25,546 nt of DNA from a virus (lineage: Duplodnaviria; Caudoviricetes). Positions 9,107-18,459 of this stretch are shown here, in pieces. The notes beneath the pieces were generated by a model that ran no database searches, had not been told where the DNA came from, and was given only the letters and a program-made list of their open reading frames with translations. The stretch covers positions 1 through 25,546 of IMG/VR virus record IMGVR_UViG_3300017728_000097; one strand, given 5' to 3'. The translations under genes were made by a program, and so were the position numbers. Position 1 is the stretch's first letter. The number at the start of each line of letters is the position of its first letter.

Positions 9107-9865
9107 TTATAAGTTACTGTTAGCTAATTTATTTTTAACTTCGTTTTGATATGCCATATCTTTAGCATATCTAGGGTCAGCCATAGCCTCTGTTACTTGA
9201 GCCCATGACAAGAAACCTTGTTCTTGACTTGGTTGTGCTTTACCTTCTACAAGTTTAGGCTCAACACCATTAGCTCTTTCAAATTGACCTTTAAGTGCAT
9301 TGACAGCTAGTTTAACTGTGTCCATGTCACCACTGTTTACAGCTTTGTTGTAAGCAGTTTTCTCACCTTCAGTCATATTTTTAGAAGCCCAGTCAACCAT
9401 CTCCTGATATGTGTCATCACCACCAACAGTAGATTTAATTTCATCTGCTTGTGTTTTAGCAATAGCTTCTTGACCTGCAATGTAACTATCCACATATTCT
9501 TTTGATATGCCTGCTTTTTCTAAAGCTTCATAAGACTTTGTATCTAACTCACCTTTTTCAGCATACTCTGCTTGTAAAGAAGACATATCTAAACCTGCAT
9601 CAGTAACAGCTTTCTCAGCTATTTCTAAATTATTATCAGACTTAGGTGTTGCTTTAGCAACTGGGTCTACTTCGTCTTTTGTTTCTTGAGATTGTCCACC
9701 AAGTTTCTTTTCTAACTCTGCATATGACTTTGCTAAATCTTCAACACTGTTGAATTTTTCAGGCAAGCCTTCAGGTTTACTTTGTGCCGACTGTGTCTCG
9801 TTTGTTTGTTCTACTGGTTGTTCAATACCAGTTTCTTCTTCCTGTATTTCTACTTTATCTACCAT
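9107..9865 (-). CDS. Capsid assembly scaffolding protein (T7 gp9-like)
   Basis: 252 aa acidic protein with PEKFNSVEDLAKSYAELEKKLG, VGG..Y..MVDWA and AMADPRY. Lies between portal and capsid. Confidence 0.92.
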   Translation of the reverse strand: MVDKVEIQEEETGIEQPVEQTNETQSAQSKPEGLPEKFNSVEDLAKSYAELEKKLGGQSQETKDEVDPVAKATPKSDNNLEIAEKAVTDAGLDMSSLQAEYAEKGELDTKSYEALEKAGISKEYVDSYIAGQEAIAKTQADEIKSTVGGDDTYQEMVDWASKNMTEGEKTAYNKAVNSGDMDTVKLAVNALKGQFERANGVEPKLVEGKAQPSQEQGFLSWAQVTEAMADPRYAKDMAYQNEVKNKLANSNL

Positions 9866-9869
9866 CTAA

Positions 9870-11432
9870 TTATCCTTCTTGTGATTGTTTCATAGCACCT
9901 TGTACTGCGGGTGCTATAGCCTTCTCTGCCATTTGCATCATCTGTTGATTTTGCATAGCATCTTCTTGAGCTGATTGTTCTTGTGCAAGTTCTTCATCAG
10001 ACTTAACAAGACCTTCCGTATCAATACCTAAACCAGTAGCAATACGTTTAATTAAATCCTGAGCATTTAAACTTTGTACTACAGCAGGATTTACTTGTGC
10101 TAAGTTTGCAATCTCAGCAACAAATTCTCTTAATTTTTGTAAATCATTTCCTCTACCTAAAGCTTCTACACCTGTAATAATTGTAGGCTTAACAGAATTT
10201 TTAGGTAATGAAGGTATCTCATTTGCTTGAGACATACGTTTCATTAATATGGTCACCAAAGGTAATTGAAACTCTTGTGATAGTAATGAATATATACCAC
10301 CCATAGCAGTTTCTAATTGTTGAGCCATGTATCTAATTTCTTGTGCTGTTACTCTTTCAGCATCTCTTTGTATAGCTGTGTTTAATAAGAAAGCATACGA
10401 TAATCTTTCTTCTAACTTAGCAATACTTCTCTCTACGACTTGTAAGTCATATTGTTTTTGTGCTTGCAATACTGCTACATCATCACCACTACCAGTAATT
10501 ATGTCACCGTTTCTAGTATTAGCTAAATCTTTTTTTCTAGTAACAGAATTAGGTCTTACCATAAATACTACTTTAGAAGATGCAGCTGCACTTTCTACAA
10601 GTGATTGAGATAATCCTTCTAATGATTTTAAATCACCTAAAAACTCTTCTACATAACCACGACCATAATCTTCATTATCTACTCTTACCATTCTTAATGC
10701 TTGGTATGGTAGACTGTCTACAGGGTATGTACCTTGTGAGCTTTCAATCTTAACACCTTTTACTTCTTGACAAGTGTAAAATTCTTTATCGTTTAATTTG
10801 TAAATGTGTGTGTAAAGTTCACACTCTTCATCTGGTTTGTAATCTTCAAACTGTGAAATTCTTTCTAATGTGTCACCATCTAAATATGTTGGATGAATAG
10901 TTTCTTCAATAACTATTTCTACAATGTTACCTGAAGCATCTCTTTTACATACAAAATTTGTTAAAGGAAATACTCTCATAGTTCCTTTTTTAGGTAAGTA
11001 AGTTAAGACATTACCTGCTACAATTAAATGTTTTAATGCTTCAAACACACTAACTCTTAATGCAAGTTGTTCTATTTTACTTGAGACTTCTCTTTCAATA
11101 GTTGCTAAAGATTTTTCTACTTCAGACTTAATTTCTTTTTGTTGGTCTAAATCTCTTTTAGCGTTACCTGATACTGATAATCTAAAAAATGGGGAATTGG
11201 GTGGAAGCAAAAGTAAAAGAAGTTTACTTGCTAAGTTGTTAACGCCTCTTGCGCCAACTGATTGAAATGGATTATATAAATCTGTAGAAGAATGAAAGCC
11301 ATCTGGTGGTAAAAGTGAAGGTATAGTTAATTCACTACACTCTTGTCCTCTATCTAAAAAGTGTTCTCTGTGTTGTCTTAATGTTTCGTATCGCTCTTTA
11401 GCGCTTTGTTGTAACATATTATTATAATGCAT
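9870..11432 (-). CDS. Portal / head-tail connector (T7 gp8-like)
   Basis: 520 aa with QSVGARGVNNLASKL, EDYGRGYVEE, RDAERVTAQEIR and GVEALGRGND. Confidence 0.96.
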   Translation of the reverse strand: MHYNNMLQQSAKERYETLRQHREHFLDRGQECSELTIPSLLPPDGFHSSTDLYNPFQSVGARGVNNLASKLLLLLLPPNSPFFRLSVSGNAKRDLDQQKEIKSEVEKSLATIEREVSSKIEQLALRVSVFEALKHLIVAGNVLTYLPKKGTMRVFPLTNFVCKRDASGNIVEIVIEETIHPTYLDGDTLERISQFEDYKPDEECELYTHIYKLNDKEFYTCQEVKGVKIESSQGTYPVDSLPYQALRMVRVDNEDYGRGYVEEFLGDLKSLEGLSQSLVESAAASSKVVFMVRPNSVTRKKDLANTRNGDIITGSGDDVAVLQAQKQYDLQVVERSIAKLEERLSYAFLLNTAIQRDAERVTAQEIRYMAQQLETAMGGIYSLLSQEFQLPLVTILMKRMSQANEIPSLPKNSVKPTIITGVEALGRGNDLQKLREFVAEIANLAQVNPAVVQSLNAQDLIKRIATGLGIDTEGLVKSDEELAQEQSAQEDAMQNQQMMQMAEKAIAPAVQGAMKQSQEG

Positions 11433-11436
11433 AATA

Positions 11437-11655
11437 TTAAGTTATATTTAAACCGGATGTAGTGGGTATGTTTAGACCAGAAGATGTTTGTAAAGCTGTA
11501 GTTCCAACTTTTTTCTTTTTCTTCAAATCTAAATCTTTGTCCATATCTACTGCTGTTTCTACTTTAGGCGCTTTATCTTCTTCAATAGGCGCTGAAGGTG
11601 GAATAGGTGCAGGAGCTTGCACAATTTGAGGTGCTTTAGGCTTTGATAAACACAT
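11437..11655 (-). CDS. Small virion protein, T7 gp6.7-like
   Basis: 72 aa. The MCLSKPKAP start resembles gp6.7 (MCFSPK). Pro-rich, with a Lys run, immediately before portal. Confidence 0.6.
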   Translation of the reverse strand: MCLSKPKAPQIVQAPAPIPPSAPIEEDKAPKVETAVDMDKDLDLKKKKKVGTTALQTSSGLNIPTTSGLNIT

Positions 11656-11657
11656 AA

Positions 11658-11840
11658 TTACTTCTCTGTCCTCTCTTTTAACATGTTAATAAACTTGACA
11701 ACATCACGTTGACCTGCTTCAAAGTATATTTTATTAGGATTATCTGTTAAAACAGCAGACTTTTCAGGATAAACTTTGTTTAAAAGTTTAACTAACTCGT
11801 CTACTGTTGCAGGTAAAACTAAATCTTCTTGGTCAATCAT
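11658..11840 (-). CDS. Conserved hypothetical protein (first late gene)
   Basis: 60 aa from ATG 11840, with YP...AGQRDVV motif. The track's GTG start at 11864 lies inside a promoter motif. Confidence 0.7.
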   Translation of the reverse strand: MIDQEDLVLPATVDELVKLLNKVYPEKSAVLTDNPNKIYFEAGQRDVVKFINMLKERTEK

Positions 11841-11850
11841 ATTGTTTTCT

Positions 11851-11868
11851 TCTAAAAAGGGCACTTTA
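11851..11868 (-). promoter_or_regulatory. Candidate phage RNAP promoter at the start of the structural module
   Basis: TAAAGTGCCCTTTTTAGA matches the 21546-21563 copy at 14 of 18 positions and overlaps the nrdB stop. Confidence 0.7.
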
Positions 11869-12816
11869 GTCCCACAAGTTTCCTGTTATAGTTCCTTTGT
11901 TATATTCTGTAGCTCTATTCTCAAAGAAATTAGCATGTTCTACACCATTTAATACCCAATCTAACCAACCTAATGGGTTATCTTTTACACCATAATTAGG
12001 TTTTAAAGACAATTGTAACAGTCTTCTGTCAGCAATGTATCTAATATATTGTTTAACTTCTTCTGCTTTTAATCCTCTGATACCACCCATAGCAAAAGCC
12101 AAATCAATAAACTTATCTTCTAAGTCTACCATATCTCTACATGTTTGATAGATACTTGCTTTAAATTTTTCTGTCCAAATATTTGGGTTTTCTTTTATTA
12201 ATTGATGAAACAATTTAATCATGCTTTCAACATGGTGTGTCTCATCTCTAATAGACCAAGTTACAATCTGACACATTCCCTTCATACGTCCATATCTTTG
12301 AAAGTTAAGAAGCATAACAAATGATGCAAACAACTGTAAGCCTTCACCAAATGCAGAGAAACAAGCTATCTCTCTAGCCATACCTTCTAGTCCTTTACCT
12401 TTAGATGTAAACAAGTATTCATGTTTATCAGCCATCTCTTTGTATTCTTGAAATGCTTTGTATTCTTTATCAGGCAAACCAATAGTATCATTTAATAATG
12501 AATAACTATGTGCATGATTAGCTTCACTTGTTGCTATAGAAGACAACATCATTCTAACTTCCGGTGCTTTAAATTTAGGTATGTATTTATCTAAATAAGC
12601 TTGTGCTATATCTACATCACCTTGAGTAAAGAACTTTAATATTTGTCCTATTAAGTTTTTTTCTTCTACTGTTAATCTTTCATTCCAGTCTCTCACATCC
12701 TCGTGTAATGGTACTTCGCTTGGAAGCCAGTGCATTTTTTGTTGCATGTCGTAAGCTTCAAAAGCCCACCCATAATCAAATGGTTTGTAGTAAGTTCGTT
12801 TGTCAAATAAACTCAT
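11866..12816 (-). CDS. nrdB: Ribonucleotide reductase class Ia beta subunit
   Basis: HWLPSEV, FFTQGD (first Asp ligand), EANHAHSY (radical Tyr), EGLQLF, RDETHH and C-terminal NFFENRATEY. Confidence 0.95.
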   Translation of the reverse strand: MSLFDKRTYYKPFDYGWAFEAYDMQQKMHWLPSEVPLHEDVRDWNERLTVEEKNLIGQILKFFTQGDVDIAQAYLDKYIPKFKAPEVRMMLSSIATSEANHAHSYSLLNDTIGLPDKEYKAFQEYKEMADKHEYLFTSKGKGLEGMAREIACFSAFGEGLQLFASFVMLLNFQRYGRMKGMCQIVTWSIRDETHHVESMIKLFHQLIKENPNIWTEKFKASIYQTCRDMVDLEDKFIDLAFAMGGIRGLKAEEVKQYIRYIADRRLLQLSLKPNYGVKDNPLGWLDWVLNGVEHANFFENRATEYNKGTITGNLWD

Positions 12817-12968
12817 ATCTTTTTTTCTAACTCCTTAATGTAATCTTCTTCTTCTTTTGGTAACTCTTCTTTAGTTTTATCTTTACCAAATATACTGTCC
12901 CAGTTTTTTTTATATTTTTCAGTTGGAATATGTTTTCCGTCTCTTATTTTATAACTATTGAAACCCAT
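12813..12968 (-). CDS. Hypothetical microprotein, 51 aa
   Basis: Not in the track. MGFNSYKIRDGKHIPTEKYKKNWDSIFGKDKTKEELPKEEEDYIKELEKKI. AAGGAG SD and ATGA overlap with nrdB. Confidence 0.75.
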   Translation of the reverse strand: MGFNSYKIRDGKHIPTEKYKKNWDSIFGKDKTKEELPKEEEDYIKELEKKI

Positions 12969-13134
12969 GATATAATTCTACTCCTTCTATAATAATTATG
13001 ATTAATAATTCTATGGCTAAGATAGTATGATATACTGTCCATAACACAGATTGTTTTTCTTTCTTTTTTTGTTTTCTCTTTTTCTTTTTTAATGGTTTAT
13101 AATTAACTCCATCAAATAAACTACTTTCTGTCAT
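12955..13134 (-). CDS. Small membrane protein, 59 aa (polybasic tract plus one TM helix)
   Basis: Not in the track. MTESSLFDGVNYKPLKKKKRKQKKKEKQSVLWTVYHTILAIELLIIIIIEGVELYHGFQ. TAATG overlap with the nrdA stop. Confidence 0.7.
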   Translation of the reverse strand: MTESSLFDGVNYKPLKKKKRKQKKKEKQSVLWTVYHTILAIELLIIIIIEGVELYHGFQ

Positions 13135-14888
13135 TATCCCTCACAAGCCAAACAATCTGCTTCAGGTATGATTGTTCTTTCTACTTTTTTTGATACTAAC
13201 TCAGCACGTTTAATTGCTTCTGAACGACAATAATACAAAGTCTTTAACTTTTTCTTCCAAGCCAACATATGCATGTCATGTAATTCTTTAATGTTTACAT
13301 CAGCAGGTACAAATACATTGACTGATTGTCCTTGACAAATATGTTTCTGTCTGTCTGCTGCATGCTCAACTATCCATTGTTGATTTATTTCTATTGCTGT
13401 TTTAAATATATCTTTTTCATTATCAGAAAGAGCATCTAAATGTAATACTGAACCTCTGTTTGCTAAAATAGAAGTCCATGTTTCTTCATTGTTAATACCT
13501 TTTTTATCTAATAATTTTTCTAAGTATTTATTCTTAACTAGAAAAGAACCTGACATTGTTTTTTGCACATAAGCATTAGCTCTGTATGGTTCTATTGATG
13601 GTGATGTTGTACCACAAATAATAGAACTAGAAGCATTAGGTGCAATAGCTAACAAGTGTGCATTACGCATACCGGTTCCTTCCATGTCTGGAGCTTCACC
13701 TCTTTTTACTGCTAGTCTTTTACTTTCTTCTACAGCTTGCTCTTTAATACTTTTAAATATTTTCATGTTTAATGATTTAGCAAGTGCACCTTCAAACGCT
13801 ATACCTCTTGATTGTAAGTATGCGTGAAAACCCATAGCACCTAAACCTAAACTTCTTTCACTGTTTGCACTAAACTTAGCTCTAAACAATTCATCAGGTG
13901 CTTTGTCAATAAAATACTGTAGCACATTATCTAAGAACCTAACTAAGTCAGGTATAAATAAACTGTTATTCTTCCACTCATCATACTTTTCTAAGTTAAC
14001 AGAAGACAAACAACAAACAGCTGTTCTGTTTTCATCAGTAGCTAGTGTTATCTCTGTACATAAATTAGAATGATTAACTTTTAATCCTAGTTTCTTTTGT
14101 GTTTCAGGCAGTGCATCATTTACTGTATCAATAAATGAAACATAAGGCTCACCAGTGGCAACTCTTGTCTCTAATATTTTTAACCACAAATCTCTAGCTG
14201 AAACAGTCCGTACTATTTTTTTAGTGTGCGGGTCAATTAAATTCCAAGTGTCATCAAACGTAGGTTCTTTAATGCAGTTATCTATTAAATGCATAAACTC
14301 ATCAGATATGTTTACACCATGATGTAAGTTAAGACATTTTCTATGTACGTCACCACCACTAGGTTTTCTCATTTCTAAAAATTCTATTATCTCTGGATGT
14401 GATATATCCATGTATGCTGCATAACTACCACGTCTTGTTTTACCTTGAGAGAACGCAAGTATCTCACTGTCAACTACGTGTAAAAAAGGTATTGAACCAG
14501 AAGACTGTGAACCACCAGAAGTTTGTGTACCATCACTTCGTACGTCACCCCAGTACCCACCGATACCGCCGCCAACAGAAGCAAGCCAAGCGTTCTCTGT
14601 GTAGTGTCCTGTCAATCCTTCTCTACTATCACCTACATAATTTAAGAAACATGAAATAGGCATGCCTCTTTTACTACCGGCATTAGACAAAACAGGCGTA
14701 GAATACATGAACCAAAGTTTAGATGCATAATCATATATACGCTGTGCCATCTCATCATTATCAGAAAAAGCTTTTGCTGCTCTCATAAAACCTTCTTGAG
14801 GTGATGTTTCTTCTGGTAATAAATACCTATCTTTTAATGTTGTCTTACCAAAATCAGTAAGTAAATTATCTCTTTCGTAATCTATCAT
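13134..14888 (-). CDS. nrdA: Ribonucleotide reductase class I alpha subunit (short, no ATP cone)
   Basis: ISCF, SNLCTEI (thiyl Cys), VCCLSS, AIAPNASSS, TLYY and C-terminal CLAC. Confidence 0.95.
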   Translation of the reverse strand: MIDYERDNLLTDFGKTTLKDRYLLPEETSPQEGFMRAAKAFSDNDEMAQRIYDYASKLWFMYSTPVLSNAGSKRGMPISCFLNYVGDSREGLTGHYTENAWLASVGGGIGGYWGDVRSDGTQTSGGSQSSGSIPFLHVVDSEILAFSQGKTRRGSYAAYMDISHPEIIEFLEMRKPSGGDVHRKCLNLHHGVNISDEFMHLIDNCIKEPTFDDTWNLIDPHTKKIVRTVSARDLWLKILETRVATGEPYVSFIDTVNDALPETQKKLGLKVNHSNLCTEITLATDENRTAVCCLSSVNLEKYDEWKNNSLFIPDLVRFLDNVLQYFIDKAPDELFRAKFSANSERSLGLGAMGFHAYLQSRGIAFEGALAKSLNMKIFKSIKEQAVEESKRLAVKRGEAPDMEGTGMRNAHLLAIAPNASSSIICGTTSPSIEPYRANAYVQKTMSGSFLVKNKYLEKLLDKKGINNEETWTSILANRGSVLHLDALSDNEKDIFKTAIEINQQWIVEHAADRQKHICQGQSVNVFVPADVNIKELHDMHMLAWKKKLKTLYYCRSEAIKRAELVSKKVERTIIPEADCLACEG

Positions 14889-15109
14889 TCTTTTGTTTCC
14901 GTTACTCTTGGTTGTCCTTCTTTTTCTATAATAAAATCAATATATTGTTTAGCTTTCTTTAAGTCTTCAATACCATGTCCCTTGTATCTCCACCTAGAAA
15001 TATACTTTACAACGTTGCCCTCACAATACGTAAGGTTATTTTGTATGATATAATCTATAGGTTCTATGCCACCTTTATTATAGTGTAACGGTTTTTTTAT
15101 ATTGTCCAT
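14885..15109 (-). CDS. DUF3310 protein (T7 gp1.7 nucleotide kinase-like)
   Basis: P.HY..GGIEPIDYI, GNVVKYISR and EDLKKA.QYI signature. Confidence 0.85.
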   Translation of the reverse strand: MDNIKKPLHYNKGGIEPIDYIIQNNLTYCEGNVVKYISRWRYKGHGIEDLKKAKQYIDFIIEKEGQPRVTETKE

Positions 15110-15846
15110 AATTTTACTTCTCCTGTTTTCTTATTGTAATCACCATGTCTTAGTATACGTGCAACCCTAGCTTGTTGAAGAGCTTCAGCCTCTGTATATC
15201 CTTTATCTACGTAAATCTTTTTGACTATCTTCCATAGGTCTAAAAGGGGAACGTTAGTATATTTCTTAATCAGCTTCTCAGCAGTCTTAATTCCAACACC
15301 TTCTATGCCGTCATACCCGTCAACTTTATCACCTGTCAAAGTCTGTATCATAAACCAATAGTCAGCCATTCGTTGTGGTATTTGTTCTACAGTCATAGCA
15401 TCTTGTGATAATTTACAAGGTACAGTTCGTAGGTCTTTGTCTATACTAACAACAATACGCTCTTCATCTGTAGGTTCGGTAGCCATAATACCCATAACAT
15501 CATCTGCTTCTAAGTTCTTCCATACAACTCCGTTATGTTTTTCTAATACATATTTTCTCAAAGCTTTTAATGTAATTGGTTTACGCTTGTCTTTTCTATT
15601 GCTTTTGTATGAAGGCAATACATCTTTTCTAAAATTGCTACTGTCTGTTAATGCAATAACATAGTCATCAGCTTGTAAACTAGCGCCTAAGTCATCTACA
15701 ACTGCATCTACGTCAGCTTTACACAAAGTTTCATCACAGTGTAGTGTCCATAAACCGTCACCCCAGTCTGTTTCTACTTCATTATTAAGTGCTATCTTAT
15801 ATAATAAAATATCACCATCAATTAAAAGTACTCTTTTTAGTTTCAT
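15097..15846 (-). CDS. 5'-3' exonuclease (T7 gp6-like)
   Basis: LIDGD, YKSNR, LEADD, SIDKD and GDKVDGYDGIEGVGIKTA. Start moved to ATG 15846, which has an AGGAG SD. Confidence 0.93.
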   Translation of the reverse strand: MKLKRVLLIDGDILLYKIALNNEVETDWGDGLWTLHCDETLCKADVDAVVDDLGASLQADDYVIALTDSSNFRKDVLPSYKSNRKDKRKPITLKALRKYVLEKHNGVVWKNLEADDVMGIMATEPTDEERIVVSIDKDLRTVPCKLSQDAMTVEQIPQRMADYWFMIQTLTGDKVDGYDGIEGVGIKTAEKLIKKYTNVPLLDLWKIVKKIYVDKGYTEAEALQQARVARILRHGDYNKKTGEVKLWTI

Positions 15847-15853
15847 GTTTCTC

Positions 15854-16222
15854 CTATATGTCAAATGTTAATAAATCTTCTTTAGGAATTATGTGTCCTT
15901 TACTTGTCCAGTTGTCACCACCCTTCTTAATAGGGTACTTAACCATAAGTTTTTTAAGGTGTGCTGTTGGTATTAAAACCCAAACTTGGTCAGTCCTGTC
16001 TTGTGTCCATAAACAAATAGCATAGTTTCTTGACTGTGTTGTATTAATACCAGAAGGTTTACCTCTACTTTCTGTTTCAATATAAACGTTACCTGTTTTC
16101 TGACACAGCCTATCAGTCTTACATTCTATCTTACCTTCTACTGCTTCTTGGAACTCATTCTCGTATTGTTGTCCAAACTTTAAATCTTTATCAAAGTGAG
16201 GTTGTGCTTTAGTGTGTTTCAC
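15854..16222 (-). CDS. Hypothetical protein, possible PD-(D/E)xK nuclease fold
   Basis: 122 aa with GTG start and AGGAG SD. IECKTD...TGNVYIE..SRGKPSGI motif. Confidence 0.6.
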   Translation of the reverse strand: MKHTKAQPHFDKDLKFGQQYENEFQEAVEGKIECKTDRLCQKTGNVYIETESRGKPSGINTTQSRNYAICLWTQDRTDQVWVLIPTAHLKKLMVKYPIKKGGDNWTSKGHIIPKEDLLTFDI

Positions 16223-17945
16223 TCCAGTTATCTCCTATCTTGTATTCACCAGTTAGCGGAAGTCTTAAATCAAAATACTTACCAGTGTCTTCTATTGCTT
16301 TTACGGCTAATTGCCCAACTTGCTCAGCATCTTTTTCAAGACACTCTACTTGTATTTCATCATGTACCCACACTACTTGATGTGCTTCAGGTATTTTCTT
16401 AATCACTTTATCAAACTCTACTAACCACTGCTTACACACTAAGGCTCCGGACGATTGAAGCAACGTGTTTAATGCAGCATGGCTTGAACGTACTTTAACA
16501 CGTCTCTTATCAAGACCTACTAAGTAACCACGTTCAGCTGCTTGCTGTACATTTTCAATTAGTTTGTTTAATGCAGGTAAGTTATTTAAGAAACGTTTCT
16601 TTATCTTAGATGCTTCTGCTACAGTTTTATTTGTAACTGCTGCAATCTTTTTAACACCACCACCGTAAAGAAAACAGTAGTAAAAACGCTTGGCTAAGTC
16701 TCTGCTATCTAACCCTGCTAATGTTTTTGTTTCAGAGTGTATATCACCATCTAAAACAACTTTAGCATAGTTGCCGTTATCGTACTTAGCCATGTAGTGA
16801 GCCAACATTCTCACCTCTAAACCTGAGACATCAATGCCTACAAGTTTTTTACCAGTTGGAACCGTGAATAATGCTCTACACTCTTTACCATATTGCACAC
16901 CAACACTTGGAATTTGTGCCATGTTTGGGTACGAGTGTGTTGCTCTTGCAGTTACTGTTGAATTAGTATTGCAAGTACCATGTATTTTATTATTCTTCTC
17001 ATGCTTTAACCAAGCTTGAGCGCCAGTAGCTAACTGACCAATTCTTTTATCTAATAGAAAATGCTCACATAATATTTTAGCTTCAGGGTATGGTAAACTT
17101 TCTAAAATAGTTTCATCTAACTTAGGCTTACCATCATCAGTATAAACTTTAGGTTTCCATCCATGTATTTTAATTAATCTATCTGCAATATGTTGTCTAC
17201 TAGATGGATTAAAGATAATAGTTTTTTCTTTGTAGAATACTTCACCCTTAACATATCCTCTAGCTTTGTTATTTACTTTAGGTATAAAAGGTATGTGTTC
17301 TTTTTCAGGTGGAAACATTACTTGTAACTTGTATTCTATTTCCATTCGTCTACCATTTAATTCTGAATAAAGTTTTCTAGCTTCTTCAGTACTAAAACTA
17401 AAACCATGAACTTCTTGATTATAAATTAATTGTGCTACAGAGTGCTCTAAATCCATAGCTTGCTGAGAATATTTCATATCTTTATGTATCATTTTGTGAA
17501 GATTATAAGTTACTTCTACATCTTGTTTACAATACTCTAGCATCTCAGGTGTAAAAGTTTGCCAGTCTGTATCAAACTGTGCTTTGTAATTTCCTATTCT
17601 GTTACCCCATGCTTTTAAACTGTGTCTTCCTATACAATCTTTTGGAAAATCTTTACGTTGAAAATCTTTTTCTTTTACATCTGGAAATAACAATCTTGTT
17701 GCTACAAGTGTGTCAAAAATTTTTGCCTCAGTTTTAAAGGTAGGATATAGTTTTTTTATTACAGGCAAATCAAATTTTATAATGTTGTGTCCTATAATTT
17801 CTTTTGCTTTAGATAATTTATCTAATGCTTCATCAACTGATAAAGACAAAAACTTATTAGTGTCTACATCTTTTAAAACTAAACAATGTATTTTAGTACA
17901 GACGTCAAGAAACCCATCAGTTTCTATATCAAATATGTATCTCAT
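16209..17945 (-). CDS. DNA polymerase family A (T7 gp5-like)
   Basis: Exonuclease motifs FDIETDG, GHNIIKFD and YCKQDV. Polymerase motifs DVSGLEVR, AKRFYYCFLYG and VHDE. Confidence 0.97.
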   Translation of the reverse strand: MRYIFDIETDGFLDVCTKIHCLVLKDVDTNKFLSLSVDEALDKLSKAKEIIGHNIIKFDLPVIKKLYPTFKTEAKIFDTLVATRLLFPDVKEKDFQRKDFPKDCIGRHSLKAWGNRIGNYKAQFDTDWQTFTPEMLEYCKQDVEVTYNLHKMIHKDMKYSQQAMDLEHSVAQLIYNQEVHGFSFSTEEARKLYSELNGRRMEIEYKLQVMFPPEKEHIPFIPKVNNKARGYVKGEVFYKEKTIIFNPSSRQHIADRLIKIHGWKPKVYTDDGKPKLDETILESLPYPEAKILCEHFLLDKRIGQLATGAQAWLKHEKNNKIHGTCNTNSTVTARATHSYPNMAQIPSVGVQYGKECRALFTVPTGKKLVGIDVSGLEVRMLAHYMAKYDNGNYAKVVLDGDIHSETKTLAGLDSRDLAKRFYYCFLYGGGVKKIAAVTNKTVAEASKIKKRFLNNLPALNKLIENVQQAAERGYLVGLDKRRVKVRSSHAALNTLLQSSGALVCKQWLVEFDKVIKKIPEAHQVVWVHDEIQVECLEKDAEQVGQLAVKAIEDTGKYFDLRLPLTGEYKIGDNWSETH

Positions 17946-18223
17946 ATTTTTAATACTTTCTTTTTAATAACATTAATAGTTGGTATAACAGTTACATTAC
18001 CAACGTCACCTAGTGTACCATCATCTTCAAAGTTTATGTCACCACATAAAATGTGTACATTCTTATCTTGTTTTATTAACCAACCAGTGCTCACACAAAT
18101 AGTTGGTGTACTTGTTTTTGCTTTTTCTAATGACATCCACGAGGCATCAGAGTTTATATCAAGCCAATGACATAAAACAAATTTAGCGTCTAATGTCTTT
18201 TTAGTTATTGTAGGTAGTTTCAT
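17942..18223 (-). CDS. Conserved hypothetical phage protein
   Basis: 93 aa from ATG 18223, just after the previous stop. WLDI.SD.SW, CVSTGWLI and VIP motifs. ATGA overlap with the polymerase gene. Confidence 0.7.
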   Translation of the reverse strand: MKLPTITKKTLDAKFVLCHWLDINSDASWMSLEKAKTSTPTICVSTGWLIKQDKNVHILCGDINFEDDGTLGDVGNVTVIPTINVIKKKVLKI

Positions 18224-18225
18224 AA

Positions 18226-18459
18226 TTAATGTATGTGTTTGTGTATTTTTATATCTACGTTCCATGCTGCATCTTCACCATTCATAGCAAGTGCCATCAA
18301 TGCATCTTGTAATAAGGATGCTGAGCTATCTTTAGCAACATGTAATACTACAGGTGTTGAACTTTCTTTTGCTTTTTTAACAGCAGATAAAACATAAAAT
18401 GTCCAAGACACAGTGTCTTGTTTTGCTTTTCTTTTTCTAACAGGTAATTTAGAAGTCAT
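18226..18459 (-). CDS. Hypothetical protein, 77 aa
   Basis: Overlaps the helicase 3' end, has a GGAG SD and fills the operon gap. Confidence 0.7.
   Translation of the reverse strand: MTSKLPVRKRKAKQDTVSWTFYVLSAVKKAKESSTPVVLHVAKDSSASLLQDALMALAMNGEDAAWNVDIKIHKHIH

Noticed and set aside
12890-13040. 11-nt direct repeat GGACAGTATAT (minus strand) in the two microprotein genes
   Set aside because: Too short, in different reading frames, with no associated mobile element. Plausibly chance.
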